64,000 nucleotides of DNA from an uncultured cyanobacterium (lineage in GTDB: Bacteria; Cyanobacteriota; Cyanobacteriia; Cyanobacteriales; Nostocaceae), in assembly GCA_963740315.1 (NCBI GenBank), contig CAVUDP010000001.1, positions 960,001-1,024,000 of the forward strand, in the 5' to 3' direction. The position numbers and the translations under genes were made by a program. A model generated the notes under the pieces. That model had not been told where the DNA came from, did not search any database, and saw nothing but the letters and a program-made list of their open reading frames with translations. Of the stretch, positions 39,351-50,404 are shown piece after piece; the stretch's first letter is position 1; each line of letters opens with the position of its first letter.

Positions 39351-41099
39351 TTAGGCAGGAAAAATTCTTAACCTCCGATTTGGTTCTTCCCCAAAACTGT
39401 TTGATTTGAGTCGATAATGTTCGACCAGTTCATGCTGCATTTTACGCACTTGCGACGATCGCGGTAGTAGTTCTACAGGTTGTCCTTTTGGTATGACGAT
39501 TTGTTCTACCGCAAGTCTGGCTTCTTCTAAAGCGTCAATTTCATCATCGCTGCCGTTGTGCAGAAATAATTGTAATTCACGCTCGTCGCCAGCTTCGGGT
39601 TCGTCAATATTTAACAACCGACGCAAGCCACGGGTAATTTGCGGGATGGTGCTGGATTTAATCATGTGAATCGGCACTTGACGGGCTTTCGCCATTTGCC
39701 GCAGTTTCGCATGGTTTTTGACGTGCGATCGCAATGCCAAAATAGCATCAGCACTATCAATGTCTTTTGTCAAGACTACTGGCAAATGAAGTACCCCGAC
39801 TACCTGCTCCAATTGGCTGCGACTTACGCCGTAGGGATAAATATGGAGAGGTAAATCTTCACCGTTTGGTCCGGAGTCCTTATTGCCGTTGCTCTCAAAA
39901 CCATTAGAGTTATTGAAAGATTGATCTAATAAACGGTCAAATTCGCTGCGCCCAGAACCATTTCCATTTTGATATTCCGAATTTAATGGTACCAAAGGAC
40001 GCATTTGACCGGATGCTCTCCAGCCGTTGGCTCTACTAGAGTGCCGCCCGCTCCAATTTTCTTCTCCTCTATCGGTTTGTGAAGCGCCACCGTTAATAGC
40101 AGTTAACTGACGGGTAATTGTCACTTTACCGTTATCATCTATGGATCTCACTTGCGGGCTGGGCTGTCGTCCTCTCAAAAGATTATCTATAGTATCAGCA
40201 ACGCTTTCATGAACTACCCAGCGCTGCCTTTCTTGCATTTCCACAGCAATTTCAAATGTAGGAGGCGCTTTGCGTTCCAAAACTGTTTTCTGAGAGCCTC
40301 GCCTTCTGGCTTCATCATCTCCCAGCGTTACAGCCTGTATACCCCCTACTAAATCGGAAAGGGTGGGGTTTTTTATCAAGTTTTCAATTTGATTACCGTG
40401 TGCGGTACCAATTAACTGCACGCCACGTTCGGCAATAGTACGAGATGCTAACGCTTCTAACTCCGTACCAATTTCATCAATTACGATTACTTCGGGCATA
40501 TGGTTTTCCACTGCCTCAATCATTACTTGATGCTGCTGATCCGGATGAGAAACCTGCATCCGTCTGGCTCTACCAATAGCCGGATGGGGAACATCACCGT
40601 CTCCAGCAATCTCATTTGAAGTGTCAATGATCACTACTCTTTTATTAAGGTCATCCGCTAAAACACGGGCTATTTCTCTTAAAACAGTAGTTTTTCCCAC
40701 TCCTGGACGACCCAGCATGAGAATTGATTGACCGCTTTCGACTAAATCGCGGATCGTGCTAATCGTTCCATATATCGCTCGTCCGACACGACAGGTTAAA
40801 CCTATAATCTTGCCGGTGCGGTTGCGAATAGCGCTAATGCGATGTAAAGTTTGCTCTATTCCTGCTCGATTATCTCCGCCGAAAGTTCCCACCCGCACTA
40901 TGCAATCATCTATATGTTGCTGGGTAACGGGTATTTCGCTAAGATATTCGGCTCCATGCGGGAAACGTGCTTCTGGGCGACGACCCAGATCCAAGACTAC
41001 TTCTACTAAACTATCTCTCTGGGAATGCTCTTCGAGCATAGAACGCAAGTCTTGAGGCAAAATGGCTAATAATTTTCGGAGATCGTCTGTAATCGTCAT
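39351..41099 (-). CDS. ycf45: Ycf45-like AAA ATPase with C-terminal R3H domain
   Basis: EVVLDLGR, GRPGVGKT, DTSNEIAGDG, IDEIG, RKMQH; ATG 41099 preferred. Confidence 0.9.
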   Translation of the reverse strand: MTITDDLRKLLAILPQDLRSMLEEHSQRDSLVEVVLDLGRRPEARFPHGAEYLSEIPVTQQHIDDCIVRVGTFGGDNRAGIEQTLHRISAIRNRTGKIIGLTCRVGRAIYGTISTIRDLVESGQSILMLGRPGVGKTTVLREIARVLADDLNKRVVIIDTSNEIAGDGDVPHPAIGRARRMQVSHPDQQHQVMIEAVENHMPEVIVIDEIGTELEALASRTIAERGVQLIGTAHGNQIENLIKNPTLSDLVGGIQAVTLGDDEARRRGSQKTVLERKAPPTFEIAVEMQERQRWVVHESVADTIDNLLRGRQPSPQVRSIDDNGKVTITRQLTAINGGASQTDRGEENWSGRHSSRANGWRASGQMRPLVPLNSEYQNGNGSGRSEFDRLLDQSFNNSNGFESNGNKDSGPNGEDLPLHIYPYGVSRSQLEQVVGVLHLPVVLTKDIDSADAILALRSHVKNHAKLRQMAKARQVPIHMIKSSTIPQITRGLRRLLNIDEPEAGDERELQLFLHNGSDDEIDALEEARLAVEQIVIPKGQPVELLPRSSQVRKMQHELVEHYRLKSNSFGEEPNRRLRIFPA

Positions 41100-41156
41100 G
41101 CTTTTTATGGTGACGTTTTTAGAGATAGGGGACGAGCCAAAGCTCGCCAATCGCTC

Positions 41157-42305
41157 TTAATATTTGAGCGGGGAAACTAATGAATCAGCAAGCGATACAG
41201 CTTGCCAAAGCAATGTGGGTTCTTCTTCCAGACGAGCAGTTACTTTGACACTGGAATTATTCACCTCCTTTTCTTCTAACTGTTCGAGAATTGGTGAGAG
41301 CAATTTTCGGGCGTAGCTACCGTAAGCAACACCAGCAATGAATGCTTCAGTTCCCAAGCATGGTGTAGAAGAGATAACATTATTCTCTCCCATATTCTCA
41401 CTTATGCGCTTGGTTAATTCTTTCAACAATCCCATTGCTTTCAATTTAGGCACGGTGTAACTATTAGTACCACCTGCCAACTGCACATATCCTGGTATTT
41501 TTGCTCTCAATACTTTGGCACCTAATTTTACAGCAGCTAATGTAGTGCCCGAACCAATATCGCCACTCATTGACCTACCGTCGGTTTGCCATATATTCAA
41601 ATAAGCAAGTGGGGAAATAACATCATACAAACTATGCAGATAATCAATTATCCCCTCGCCATTTGGACAACTGATAGCGACTAATTTCAAATGCCCTATA
41701 TATGGCAAAATTGTTTGCCACAACCTCTTGAATTCTGCCAAACGCCCAACAGTCGTATGAATCTCTACTGCATCTACTCCAGATTTCAGTATCAATGGCG
41801 CGATTGCTCCGATAGATGTTGCATAAGATACTGTTACTATTCTACCATACGGACATATGGGAACGCAACGACCGCAGCCATAGCATTTATCGGACAGAAC
41901 TCCCGATTGGTTATATTTGATACTATCAAAGACGATCGCTTGTGCCGGACAAATGCGTTCGCACGGTCGAGAACATTGACTAGGGCATTTAGTAGAATCA
42001 AATTCTGCTTTACGAAAGTGTGGATCTTCGCCATCGTTTAAGCTAACCATCAACAACGGGGTTCCTTGATAGGCAAAGCCTCGTTGCTGGGCTTCTTCAC
42101 CCAAAGCAGCAGCAGCTTTTAGCCCCTCTTGAGCGGCGACAATGACAGCTGGATCGGCAGCCACATCTATGCAGTCAGCCCCAGCCAGCGTGTAAGCTAA
42201 AGTTAAACTTCTAACCGCAGGCAGATGTTGGAAGCTGGCTCCGCAAATCAGCTTGAACCAGTGACCAACTTTTAGCGATAGTAAGGGGTCAAATAAATCA
42301 GTCAC
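41157..42305 (-). CDS. ldpA: Circadian input Fe-S protein LdpA
   Basis: WFKLICGAS, DPHFRKA, two 4Fe-4S Cys clusters, WQTDGRSMSGDIG, QLAGGTN. Confidence 0.93.
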   Translation of the reverse strand: MTDLFDPLLSLKVGHWFKLICGASFQHLPAVRSLTLAYTLAGADCIDVAADPAVIVAAQEGLKAAAALGEEAQQRGFAYQGTPLLMVSLNDGEDPHFRKAEFDSTKCPSQCSRPCERICPAQAIVFDSIKYNQSGVLSDKCYGCGRCVPICPYGRIVTVSYATSIGAIAPLILKSGVDAVEIHTTVGRLAEFKRLWQTILPYIGHLKLVAISCPNGEGIIDYLHSLYDVISPLAYLNIWQTDGRSMSGDIGSGTTLAAVKLGAKVLRAKIPGYVQLAGGTNSYTVPKLKAMGLLKELTKRISENMGENNVISSTPCLGTEAFIAGVAYGSYARKLLSPILEQLEEKEVNNSSVKVTARLEEEPTLLWQAVSLADSLVSPLKY

Positions 42306-42349
42306 ACTTCTATTATGCTACGTGACCGAGAAATAGATGAGGTAAATCC

Positions 42350-43657
42350 TCAATTTTCTTGCAATTCTTTCAAAGGAATTTCAAGAATAAACTCTGTACC
42401 TTCTGTGGGAGTCGAATTACAAAGAATTTTTCCATAGTGCTTCTGTACTATAATTTGATAGCAGATAGATAATCCTAACCCACTACCCTTTCCTACAGGC
42501 TTTGTAGTGAAAAATGGGTCAAATATGCATTTGCGAACTTTGTCAGGTATTCCCATACCGTTATCGGCAATAGAAATTCTGGCAGTACTATTGCACTTGA
42601 GAACATTTGTGCTGATGCAAATAGTATGAGCGTTTTTTAAATCTTGAGCTTTTTTGGCTTGCAATTCTGCTTGCTCGTCTAAAGCATCAATGGCATTGTT
42701 TAACAAATGCATAAACACTTGGTTAAGTTCGCTCGCATAACAGGTAATTAGTGGTAAATCGCCATATTTTTTGACTATCTCAATTGCATCGCGATAATTT
42801 GTTTTTCTTAATCGATGCTGCAACATTAGCAAGGTGCTGTCTATACCTTGATGAATATCGACTCGCTTATGTAAGGCTTGATCGTGTCTGGAGAAGTTTT
42901 GCAAGGCTAGTACAATTGAACGTATACGGTCTGCTCCTCTGTACATCGCACCCATTAGCGATTGTGAATCGTTCATCAAAAAATTGATATCTATCTCTTT
43001 TTCTATTTTCTGAATTGTGGCACCCGGATGCGGATATTCCTGTTGATACGCTTTAACTAAATTAACTAAATCTCGTACATATTCACTCACATATTCGAGA
43101 TTAGCGTAGATAAAATTAATAGGGTTATTCACTTCATGAGCAATACCTGCTACCAAATGTCCCAAAGCTACCATTTTTTCATTTTGGATTTGCTGTACTT
43201 GGGCTGCTTTCAAATCTTGTAAAGTATTTTGTAATAAGACATTTTTTTTATGTAATTTTAACTGTAAAGAACGTAAATTAATTTGATTTTCTATTCTTGA
43301 TATAACTTCTGCTGTATGAAAAGGTTTAGTTATATAGTCCGAGCCTCCGACATTAAAGGCTTTGACTTTATCTAACACATCATCAAGAGCGCTGATAAAT
43401 ATTACCGGAACCCGATCGTTTATTTCGTCTGCTTTTAATTTTTGGCAAACTTCATACCCATCCATTTCGGGCATATTAATATCAAGTAAAATTAAATCTG
43501 GTCGTAAAGTTTTACAGGCGTTCAATGCCATTTTTCCGTTTAGAGCTTTGCGAACTTCATAACCTTGGGTTGTTAACATTGCCGATAAAAGTCGCAAGTT
43601 GTCTGGAGTATCATCAACTACTAATATATTTAATTTCTCATTTATATTTGAATGCAT
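42350..43657 (-). CDS. Hybrid REC-histidine kinase
   Basis: N-terminal receiver; H-box AHEVNNP; G boxes DNGMG, FFTTK, GSGLGL. Confidence 0.95.
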   Translation of the reverse strand: MHSNINEKLNILVVDDTPDNLRLLSAMLTTQGYEVRKALNGKMALNACKTLRPDLILLDINMPEMDGYEVCQKLKADEINDRVPVIFISALDDVLDKVKAFNVGGSDYITKPFHTAEVISRIENQINLRSLQLKLHKKNVLLQNTLQDLKAAQVQQIQNEKMVALGHLVAGIAHEVNNPINFIYANLEYVSEYVRDLVNLVKAYQQEYPHPGATIQKIEKEIDINFLMNDSQSLMGAMYRGADRIRSIVLALQNFSRHDQALHKRVDIHQGIDSTLLMLQHRLRKTNYRDAIEIVKKYGDLPLITCYASELNQVFMHLLNNAIDALDEQAELQAKKAQDLKNAHTICISTNVLKCNSTARISIADNGMGIPDKVRKCIFDPFFTTKPVGKGSGLGLSICYQIIVQKHYGKILCNSTPTEGTEFILEIPLKELQEN

Positions 43658-44139
43658 TTGTTACCTAATTGTATGCAATATATTTTATTTGTTGTCAATA
43701 TTTTTATTTGATTTTACTAACTATGAAATGCAATATATTTTATCGAGCTTGCATTATCGTGTAAATCAACTAACTTTTATTTTAAGCATGGTTAAAACTG
43801 AATATTTTTATTCAATTATTAGATATTAAATAATCTATATTCTTTTCATAAAATTAATAATTTTCACGGATCAAACGATTTATCTAGTAAAATATACTAT
43901 AATTATATTTAGAAAATTTACCTTATATGACATATTATTTTAAACTATGGTTATAAGCAGAATGTAGGCGATCGCACTTTACAAGGCTGCACGCATAGCA
44001 TCATAACGTCAAGTCAAATTGGTCGCTTAAAATATTCACCGCTAAGAGCAGTCATTTATAAGTATATTAGATAACACGCTGAAATTATAAATGCGATCGT
44101 CAAATATCAGAAGATCGTTCTATTATTTACACAGTTTGA

Positions 44140-45996
44140 TTACCATCGAGGCGCTGCTAACATCAATTCTAAAATTGATTGTGGCTCCATTGCATGGGAA
44201 AATAAAATTCCCTGAGCAGAATTGCAATTTAAATTTCTAATCTGCGATAGTTGTTCCAAAGTTTCAACTCCTTCAGCAACTGCTTTCATGCCCATTGAAT
44301 GAGCTATGCTAATCATTGCTGGAACCAAACCCATATTTATATGGTTTTCCTGCATCAAATTTAAAAATGATTTATCAATTTTAAGAGTATTCAACGGAAA
44401 GCTATGCAGATAACTTAAAGAAGAATAACCCGTGCCGAAGTCATCCATTGTTAGCTTAATATTTCGCTGTTTAAGTTCCTGAAGAGTTGTTTTGACATCT
44501 ATGCTATTTTCCATAATTACACTTTCTGTAATTTCAAATTCTAAGAAAGCAGGATTGATTTTTGTTTCGTAAATAATTTGGTCGATTTGAGCGAGAAAAT
44601 TTGGCTGTAAAAACGATTTTGCACTCAAGTTGACACTAATATATAAAGTGGGAACTGCTGGATCGTTTTGCCAAATACGTAGTTGATTGCAGGCTGATTT
44701 TAATACCCAAGTATCCATAGCATGAATTAAACCTGTTTCTTCTGCCACAGAAATAAATTCCGTCGGTAAAATTAAACCTTTGGTAGGATGTTGCCAACGA
44801 ACAAGTGCCTCCAATCCAATAATTGAACCACTATCTAAAGAAACTATCGGCTGATAGTAAACAATTAATTCTTGCTGTAAAACAGCTCTTCTCAGGTCAT
44901 TTTCTAGCTCTAAAATTTGGATAGCTTCCCGATGCATCTCAGGATTAAATACGTGGAATCGTCCTTTGCCCAAAGCTTTGGCACGATACATAGCCGTATC
45001 AGCATCTCTTAGTAAATATTCGGGTTTTTCATAATTAAGATTACCCCAATTTATGCCGATGCTTACATTAACGAATACCTGGTATCTAGATATTTGAAAA
45101 TGTTGCTCGAAAGAGTTAAGAATACGCTCCGCAATGCAAGTTACCATCTCAATATCTGAGACATTCTCCAGAAGAATACCGAATTCATCGCCACCCAATC
45201 TGGCTAAAGTATCAAATGGTGACAAAGAACTTTGCAAGCGCTCAGCGATCGCAACGAGTAATTCATCTCCCACTAAATGTCCTAAAGAATCATTAATAAT
45301 TTTGAAGCGATCGCAGTCTAGAAAAAGCACGGCGAAATTATAGTTAGATTCCTGCTTGGCGCGATTTAATGCTTGTTCTAATCGATTGATAAAAAAGACT
45401 CTATTAGGTAAACCAGTTAAAGCATCGCGTAAAGCACTTTCAAGCAGCTTACTTTGTAATTCCTGGCGAGAATGAACTTCTATTTGAAGCTTTTGCAGAG
45501 CTTTTTCGAGTTCTAAGGTACGCTGTTTGACTCTTTCTTCAAGCTCGTTATTTAACTTTAATACTTCTAATTGAGCATTTCTCAATTCTAATTGATTTTG
45601 TACTCGTGCTATGACTTCTGCAAATTCAAAGGGTTTAGTGATATAATCTACACCTCCTACCTTAAAAGCTTTGACTTTATCAAAAACATCGTCTAAGGCG
45701 CTGATAAAAATAATTGGTATATCGACGGTTTTTTGATTGCCCTTAAAACGCTGGCAAATCTCATATCCATCTATTTCCGGCATCATGATATCAAGTAAAA
45801 TCAAATCTGGTAATTGAGCAGAGCAAGCTGTAAAAGCCATTTGCCAGTTCAAAGCTTTGCGAACGTTATATCCAACTTTAGCCAGAATTGAAGATAAAAT
45901 ACGTAAATTATCTGGGGTGTCATCAATAATTAAGATATCTTTATTAACAAGATTGGGCGAATAATTCCCATCTTTCGTTTTGCGAGTCAATTCCAT
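44140..45996 (-). CDS. REC-GGDEF-EAL response regulator (c-di-GMP turnover)
   Basis: Receiver; RLGGDEF; EALVRW; DDFGTGYSS. Confidence 0.96.
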   Translation of the reverse strand: MELTRKTKDGNYSPNLVNKDILIIDDTPDNLRILSSILAKVGYNVRKALNWQMAFTACSAQLPDLILLDIMMPEIDGYEICQRFKGNQKTVDIPIIFISALDDVFDKVKAFKVGGVDYITKPFEFAEVIARVQNQLELRNAQLEVLKLNNELEERVKQRTLELEKALQKLQIEVHSRQELQSKLLESALRDALTGLPNRVFFINRLEQALNRAKQESNYNFAVLFLDCDRFKIINDSLGHLVGDELLVAIAERLQSSLSPFDTLARLGGDEFGILLENVSDIEMVTCIAERILNSFEQHFQISRYQVFVNVSIGINWGNLNYEKPEYLLRDADTAMYRAKALGKGRFHVFNPEMHREAIQILELENDLRRAVLQQELIVYYQPIVSLDSGSIIGLEALVRWQHPTKGLILPTEFISVAEETGLIHAMDTWVLKSACNQLRIWQNDPAVPTLYISVNLSAKSFLQPNFLAQIDQIIYETKINPAFLEFEITESVIMENSIDVKTTLQELKQRNIKLTMDDFGTGYSSLSYLHSFPLNTLKIDKSFLNLMQENHINMGLVPAMISIAHSMGMKAVAEGVETLEQLSQIRNLNCNSAQGILFSHAMEPQSILELMLAAPRW

Positions 45997-46484
45997 AATT
46001 TATTCAAGCTATATTTAAAAGCTAAATTCCTGATTTTTAATCGTTATTGACTTATTAAGATTTATGAAATATGAAATTTTCTTAAGCCATACCATAAACT
46101 TTGATAACACGATAAGATGTTATCGCGGTAGAATAATTTTTGAAGCAGCTTTGAATAAAATTAGCCTGTAGGTTGTTTCCTACTGCTGCGCTCAAAGCTC
46201 TAGAAGCTATTAACCTCAACATTTTTAGCTTTTTACGATATAAGATATAAGGGTTATATCTGTGTACCCATATACAAATCTATGGATACTATGTATTTTA
46301 AACTACAAATAGGCTAAGATTAATATTGTCTTTGTAATTTAAAATATGTTTATAGGCTCGGCAAAAAAAAGAAGTTTTATTTATTAAAAAATTCTCTAGA
46401 TAAAAACAAGTACTTGTGCCAACATTCAATTAAACATTTAACTTAAATAGGGAGTAGCGAACGGTTACACAACCGATCGTTATT

Positions 46485-46644
46485 TATATAGGAATCCGAT
46501 CTGAATATTGAAAAAAATTAAGTATTTGTAGGGTGTGTTATGGCTTCAGCCTAACGCACCGAAATCTTGGTATAGTGGTGCGTTGCGCGCAGCAAGCAAC
46601 ACACCCTACGTGTTTTTCAAAAATCTGCGGAGTAATCCTATATA
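46485..46644. mobile_element. MITE-like shell containing a GTAG-REP doublet (46528-46609)
   Basis: Outer TATATAGGA/TCCTATATA and TTGAAAAA/TTTTTCAA; inner GTAGGGTGTGTT/AACACACCCTAC. Confidence 0.8.
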
Positions 46645-46940
46645 TATAAAAGTAACTAACGCAAGCTTGACTACTTAAAAATTATTTTATAAAAGAAAAA
46701 TCAGGAGTTTTTAGCTAGAATTTGAAGATATCGGTGATAAGTTTGAATGTATTCACTGTTAGCGACGCTATTGCTTAAAAATTATGGATTTAATTCACTA
46801 TTAATTCCCTACTAAATTATGAACATTTAATTTTTTAAGTTCTTCAGTCTAAAGGCTTAACATATTGTTAAAAAGCTAATTTGATAATTAATTTACTAAT
46901 ACCACACGGCTTAAATAGCGCACCCATTTTTAAAATGGTC

Positions 46941-47006
46941 AGAAGTCGGGTTTTTATTTTTGAAGATATTGGTATTACAGATACGTATTCTAAAAACCCG
47001 ACTTCT
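46941..47006. repeat. 16-bp perfect inverted repeat element
   Basis: AGAAGTCGGGTTTTTA ... TAAAAACCCGACTTCT. Confidence 0.8.
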
Positions 47007-47163
47007 ATACCCGAGCCGAGTCATGTATTGTTGTGGTCTATAAGTCGTTTAATATGGGTATATGGGTACCTGACTTACGCCTGTCTGTACTAGTTATTGA
47101 TTAATATTATTCCTCATTCGCCATCCCCTAATTACTTAACTGTCAAATCAATTATAAATCTTC

Positions 47164-47285
47164 AGGACTTACGCGATTGTCACAATCGGATGGTGCGTGA
47201 CACTGAATGCCCGATCGTTTCGTTCAAAATAAAGGAAAAGTGTCACACACCCTACAAGAAAAAATGTGCCTTTTTGCTAAGTCCT
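47164..47285. mobile_element. MITE-like shell (AGGACTTACGC/GCTAAGTCCT) containing one GTAG-REP
   Basis: Termini inverted; inner GGTGCGTGACACT...AGTGTCACACACCCTACA. Confidence 0.72.
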
Positions 47286-47403
47286 AATCTTATAGTTATA
47301 GTTATTAATCTTAATTATCCATAAAAAATTAGCTGCCCCATTGCAAAAATTTGCATTGAAAAAGACAGCAATATATATATTTTTTTTATATAGCTATAGC
47401 TAT

Positions 47404-48093
47404 TTATTCAGCTTTAATCTTGTCTTGAGATCCTTCTTGAGTATCATAAAGCGGCGTTTTATCAATTCCACCGACTTTGTTTAAGGGCCAAAAACGAAGT
47501 ACGGCACGACCGATAATGTTTTCACGAGGAACAACACCCCAACAACGGCTATCGTAACTACTTCCACGATTATCTCCTAACACTAAATAGGAGCCAGATG
47601 GAATAGTTTTAGGTTCAGATAAAAATGGCTGTGTAGATGCTGAAGTACAAAGTTCAATTGATGTATTTTTTACATCAGCAAGGTAATTTTTTTCTTCTAA
47701 AGGCTTACCATTTATATATACTTTGCCGCCGTTTAACTCTACCTTTTCTCCAGGTAAAGCAATTATCCGCTTGATAAAAGCATCATGAAATTTCTCTTTT
47801 TGTAGCTCTTCTGTAGGAGAGAAGACTACAACGTCTCCCCGCTGAGGAACGGAAAATTTGTAACTTAACTTATCAACAATTATCTTGTCTGCCTCCCACT
47901 GATTTGGAGTACCGTGCAAAGTGGGTTCCATCGAGCCAGAAGGAATCCAACGTGCTTCAGCAACAAAGGTGCGAATCGAAAGAGCAAGCACGATGCTTAA
48001 TCCGATTGTTTTGCCTAATTCAAAAAACCAGGAATTATCGGGTTGTTGGTTAGAGTGGCGGTCAGACACTGGATTTTGCATGTAATTACTCAA
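47404..48093 (-). CDS. lepB: Signal peptidase I
   Basis: IPSGSMEPTL, RGDVVVF, FIKRII, LGDNR.S.DSR; start TTG 48093 or ATG 48081. Confidence 0.96.
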   Translation of the reverse strand: MSNYMQNPVSDRHSNQQPDNSWFFELGKTIGLSIVLALSIRTFVAEARWIPSGSMEPTLHGTPNQWEADKIIVDKLSYKFSVPQRGDVVVFSPTEELQKEKFHDAFIKRIIALPGEKVELNGGKVYINGKPLEEKNYLADVKNTSIELCTSASTQPFLSEPKTIPSGSYLVLGDNRGSSYDSRCWGVVPRENIIGRAVLRFWPLNKVGGIDKTPLYDTQEGSQDKIKAE

Positions 48094-48339
48094 GTAGAAA
48101 CTAAATTATGCTCCAAAAAGAAACAAGACGGCTAGGGAGACTGTATTTTTTTATCTTAACTGTACAAAGATGCTGTTAGGAGTTATGTTGTCATGTTGAC
48201 ACGGTTATTTGTACTTGAATTAAACATTCTTCGTTGCTAATAACACATAATGCTTACCATCAAGGCATTCCATAAGTTTAACTTCAATCAGGATAGCTGT
48301 ATGTCAAAATTTACTGTTATTTAGACCAAGTGTATCCTC

Positions 48340-49659
48340 ATGTCATCTCCTAGTTTACTAATTCGCGGTGCGAGAATTCTTTTACCTAATGGTGAATTTA
48401 TTGTTGGGGATGTGCTGATGCGCGATCGCCAAATTGTCAAAGTCTCACCATCACAGATAGACGAAACAGCTACCCACATAATTGACGCTGATGGGTTAAC
48501 TTTGTTGCCCGGAGTCATTGACCCACAAGTACATTTTCGGGAACCGGGGCTAGAACACAAAGAAGACTTGTTTACTGCTTCCTGTGCTTGTGCCAAGGGG
48601 GGAGTAACTTCGTTTCTAGAAATGCCTAACACTCGCCCTTTAACAGTGAGTCAATCAGCTTTAAATGACAAATTACAGCTTGCTGCGAATAAGTGCCTTG
48701 TTAATTATGGCTTTTTTATTGGGGCAACGTCGGATAATTTGTCTGAATTGCTACAGGCTAATCCTACCCCAGGAATAAAGATTTTCATGGGATCGATGCA
48801 CGGTCCTTTGCTAGTAGATCCTCAAGAAACATTAGAAGCAATATTTGGCAACGGTGAAATTTTAATTGCAGTTCACGCCGAAGATCAAACTAGGCTTAGA
48901 CAACGTAGGGAAGAATTCGCAAATATTCATGATGTCGCCATTCACTCGCAAATACAAGATAATCAAGCAGCATTAATCGCAACAAAAAGGGCATTAAAAC
49001 TTTCTAAAAAATATCAACGTCGGCTACATATTCTGCATATGTCTACCGCAGAGGAAGCAGATTTACTGCGGCAAGATAAACCTAGCTGGGTGACGGCAGA
49101 AGTAACACCCCAACATTTGTTATTAAATACGACTGCTTACGAAAAAATAGGCAGTTTGGCGCAGATGAATCCCCCTTTGCGAACATCTCGTGATAATGAA
49201 GTACTTTGGCAAGCGTTGTTAGATGGGGTAATTGATTTCATTGCTACGGATCATGCACCTCATACTTTAGAGGAAAAAGCGCAAACTTATCCGAAAAGTC
49301 CTTCCGGAATGCCTGGAGTGGAAACTTCTTTAGCTTTAATGCTAACTGCTGCTGTTGATGGGCGTTGTACTGTTGCCCAAGTTGTTAACTGGATGTCAAC
49401 TGCTGTCGCTGCTGCTTATTGTATTCCTAATAAGGGTGCGATCGCTCCGGGTTATGATGCCGATTTAGTGCTGGTAGATTTAAACTCGCGAAAAAAAGTC
49501 CGACGCGAAGAACTTGTGACTAAATGCGGTTGGAGTCCTTTTGAAGGCTGGGATTTAACGGGATGGGCGGTAACAACTATTGTTGGCGGTGAGATTGTTT
49601 ATCACCAAGGTAAGTTGAATACAGAAAGCAGAGGTAGAGCTTTGACTTTTAAGCATTAA
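48340..49659 (+). CDS. pyrC: Dihydroorotase (multifunctional complex type)
   Basis: PGVIDPQVHFREPG, EMPNT, HAED, MNPPLR, ATDHAPH. Confidence 0.92.
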   Translation: MSSPSLLIRGARILLPNGEFIVGDVLMRDRQIVKVSPSQIDETATHIIDADGLTLLPGVIDPQVHFREPGLEHKEDLFTASCACAKGGVTSFLEMPNTRPLTVSQSALNDKLQLAANKCLVNYGFFIGATSDNLSELLQANPTPGIKIFMGSMHGPLLVDPQETLEAIFGNGEILIAVHAEDQTRLRQRREEFANIHDVAIHSQIQDNQAALIATKRALKLSKKYQRRLHILHMSTAEEADLLRQDKPSWVTAEVTPQHLLLNTTAYEKIGSLAQMNPPLRTSRDNEVLWQALLDGVIDFIATDHAPHTLEEKAQTYPKSPSGMPGVETSLALMLTAAVDGRCTVAQVVNWMSTAVAAAYCIPNKGAIAPGYDADLVLVDLNSRKKVRREELVTKCGWSPFEGWDLTGWAVTTIVGGEIVYHQGKLNTESRGRALTFKH

Positions 49660-49743
49660 AAATCAACCAGCGTTATTTTGGAATCGGCCAAAAATGCTGT
49701 TTCAAAGAATCTGGTAAAAAACTTTGATATTTAATAAATCCCC

Positions 49744-49781
49744 AAAGCGCTTGTTGTTATTCAACCAGGCGCTTTATTTTT
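49744..49781 (+). terminator. Terminator after pyrC
   Basis: AAAGCGCTTG...CAGGCGCTTT followed by ATTTTT. Confidence 0.65.
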
Positions 49782-50278
49782 CTTAAAATTATTAGAATTT
49801 AGAGCAAATATTTTCTTGGGCACTAATCAATCAAGTTTTAAGTCAACTAGAAATACAAAAATTTATACAAACAGTAGTTATTTCTACTAGTTTTCTTAGA
49901 AAATTTCGTTGTTAATTTTCAGTATTTATTCTGCTTTTAAATAAATAAATTGTAATTAAAGCAAAAAGTTTTCAGTATTTATTGCATTTGACAAACTAAA
50001 AAAATCTGGATACTGGAATTATTAATGGTATGCAAAACTACTTAAATAACAAAGGCAACTTTTATATTATCTTAACTTTTTTCACTTAAATACTAGCGTT
50101 TACCCTTACGAGCAATCACTCAGGCATATCAATAATAAACGTGTCAAACTGAACACAAAAACAGGTCGCACGATTATTAATAATGATGGAAAACTTTGGA
50201 AATAGGCACTTTTTGCCAGTATTTACTCATAAAGATACTGATAAAAATAAAGCACTTCTATAATTTATCGATCGGTTA

Positions 50279-50289
50279 GGGTATCACCC
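50279..50289. promoter_or_regulatory. Candidate HetR site GGG-N5-CCC upstream of patS
   Basis: GGGTATCACCC, ~115 nt upstream of the patS ATG. Confidence 0.4.
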
Positions 50290-50404
50290 CCCCTTGTTAA
50301 GTGTTACTTGGTTTGGCATGATACTTATTCACTCTTGGGCATTAGTATAAAATAAATTCTTATTTGTAAACAGATTAGCAGGTTTTCAGGTGATTATAAT
50401 TACA

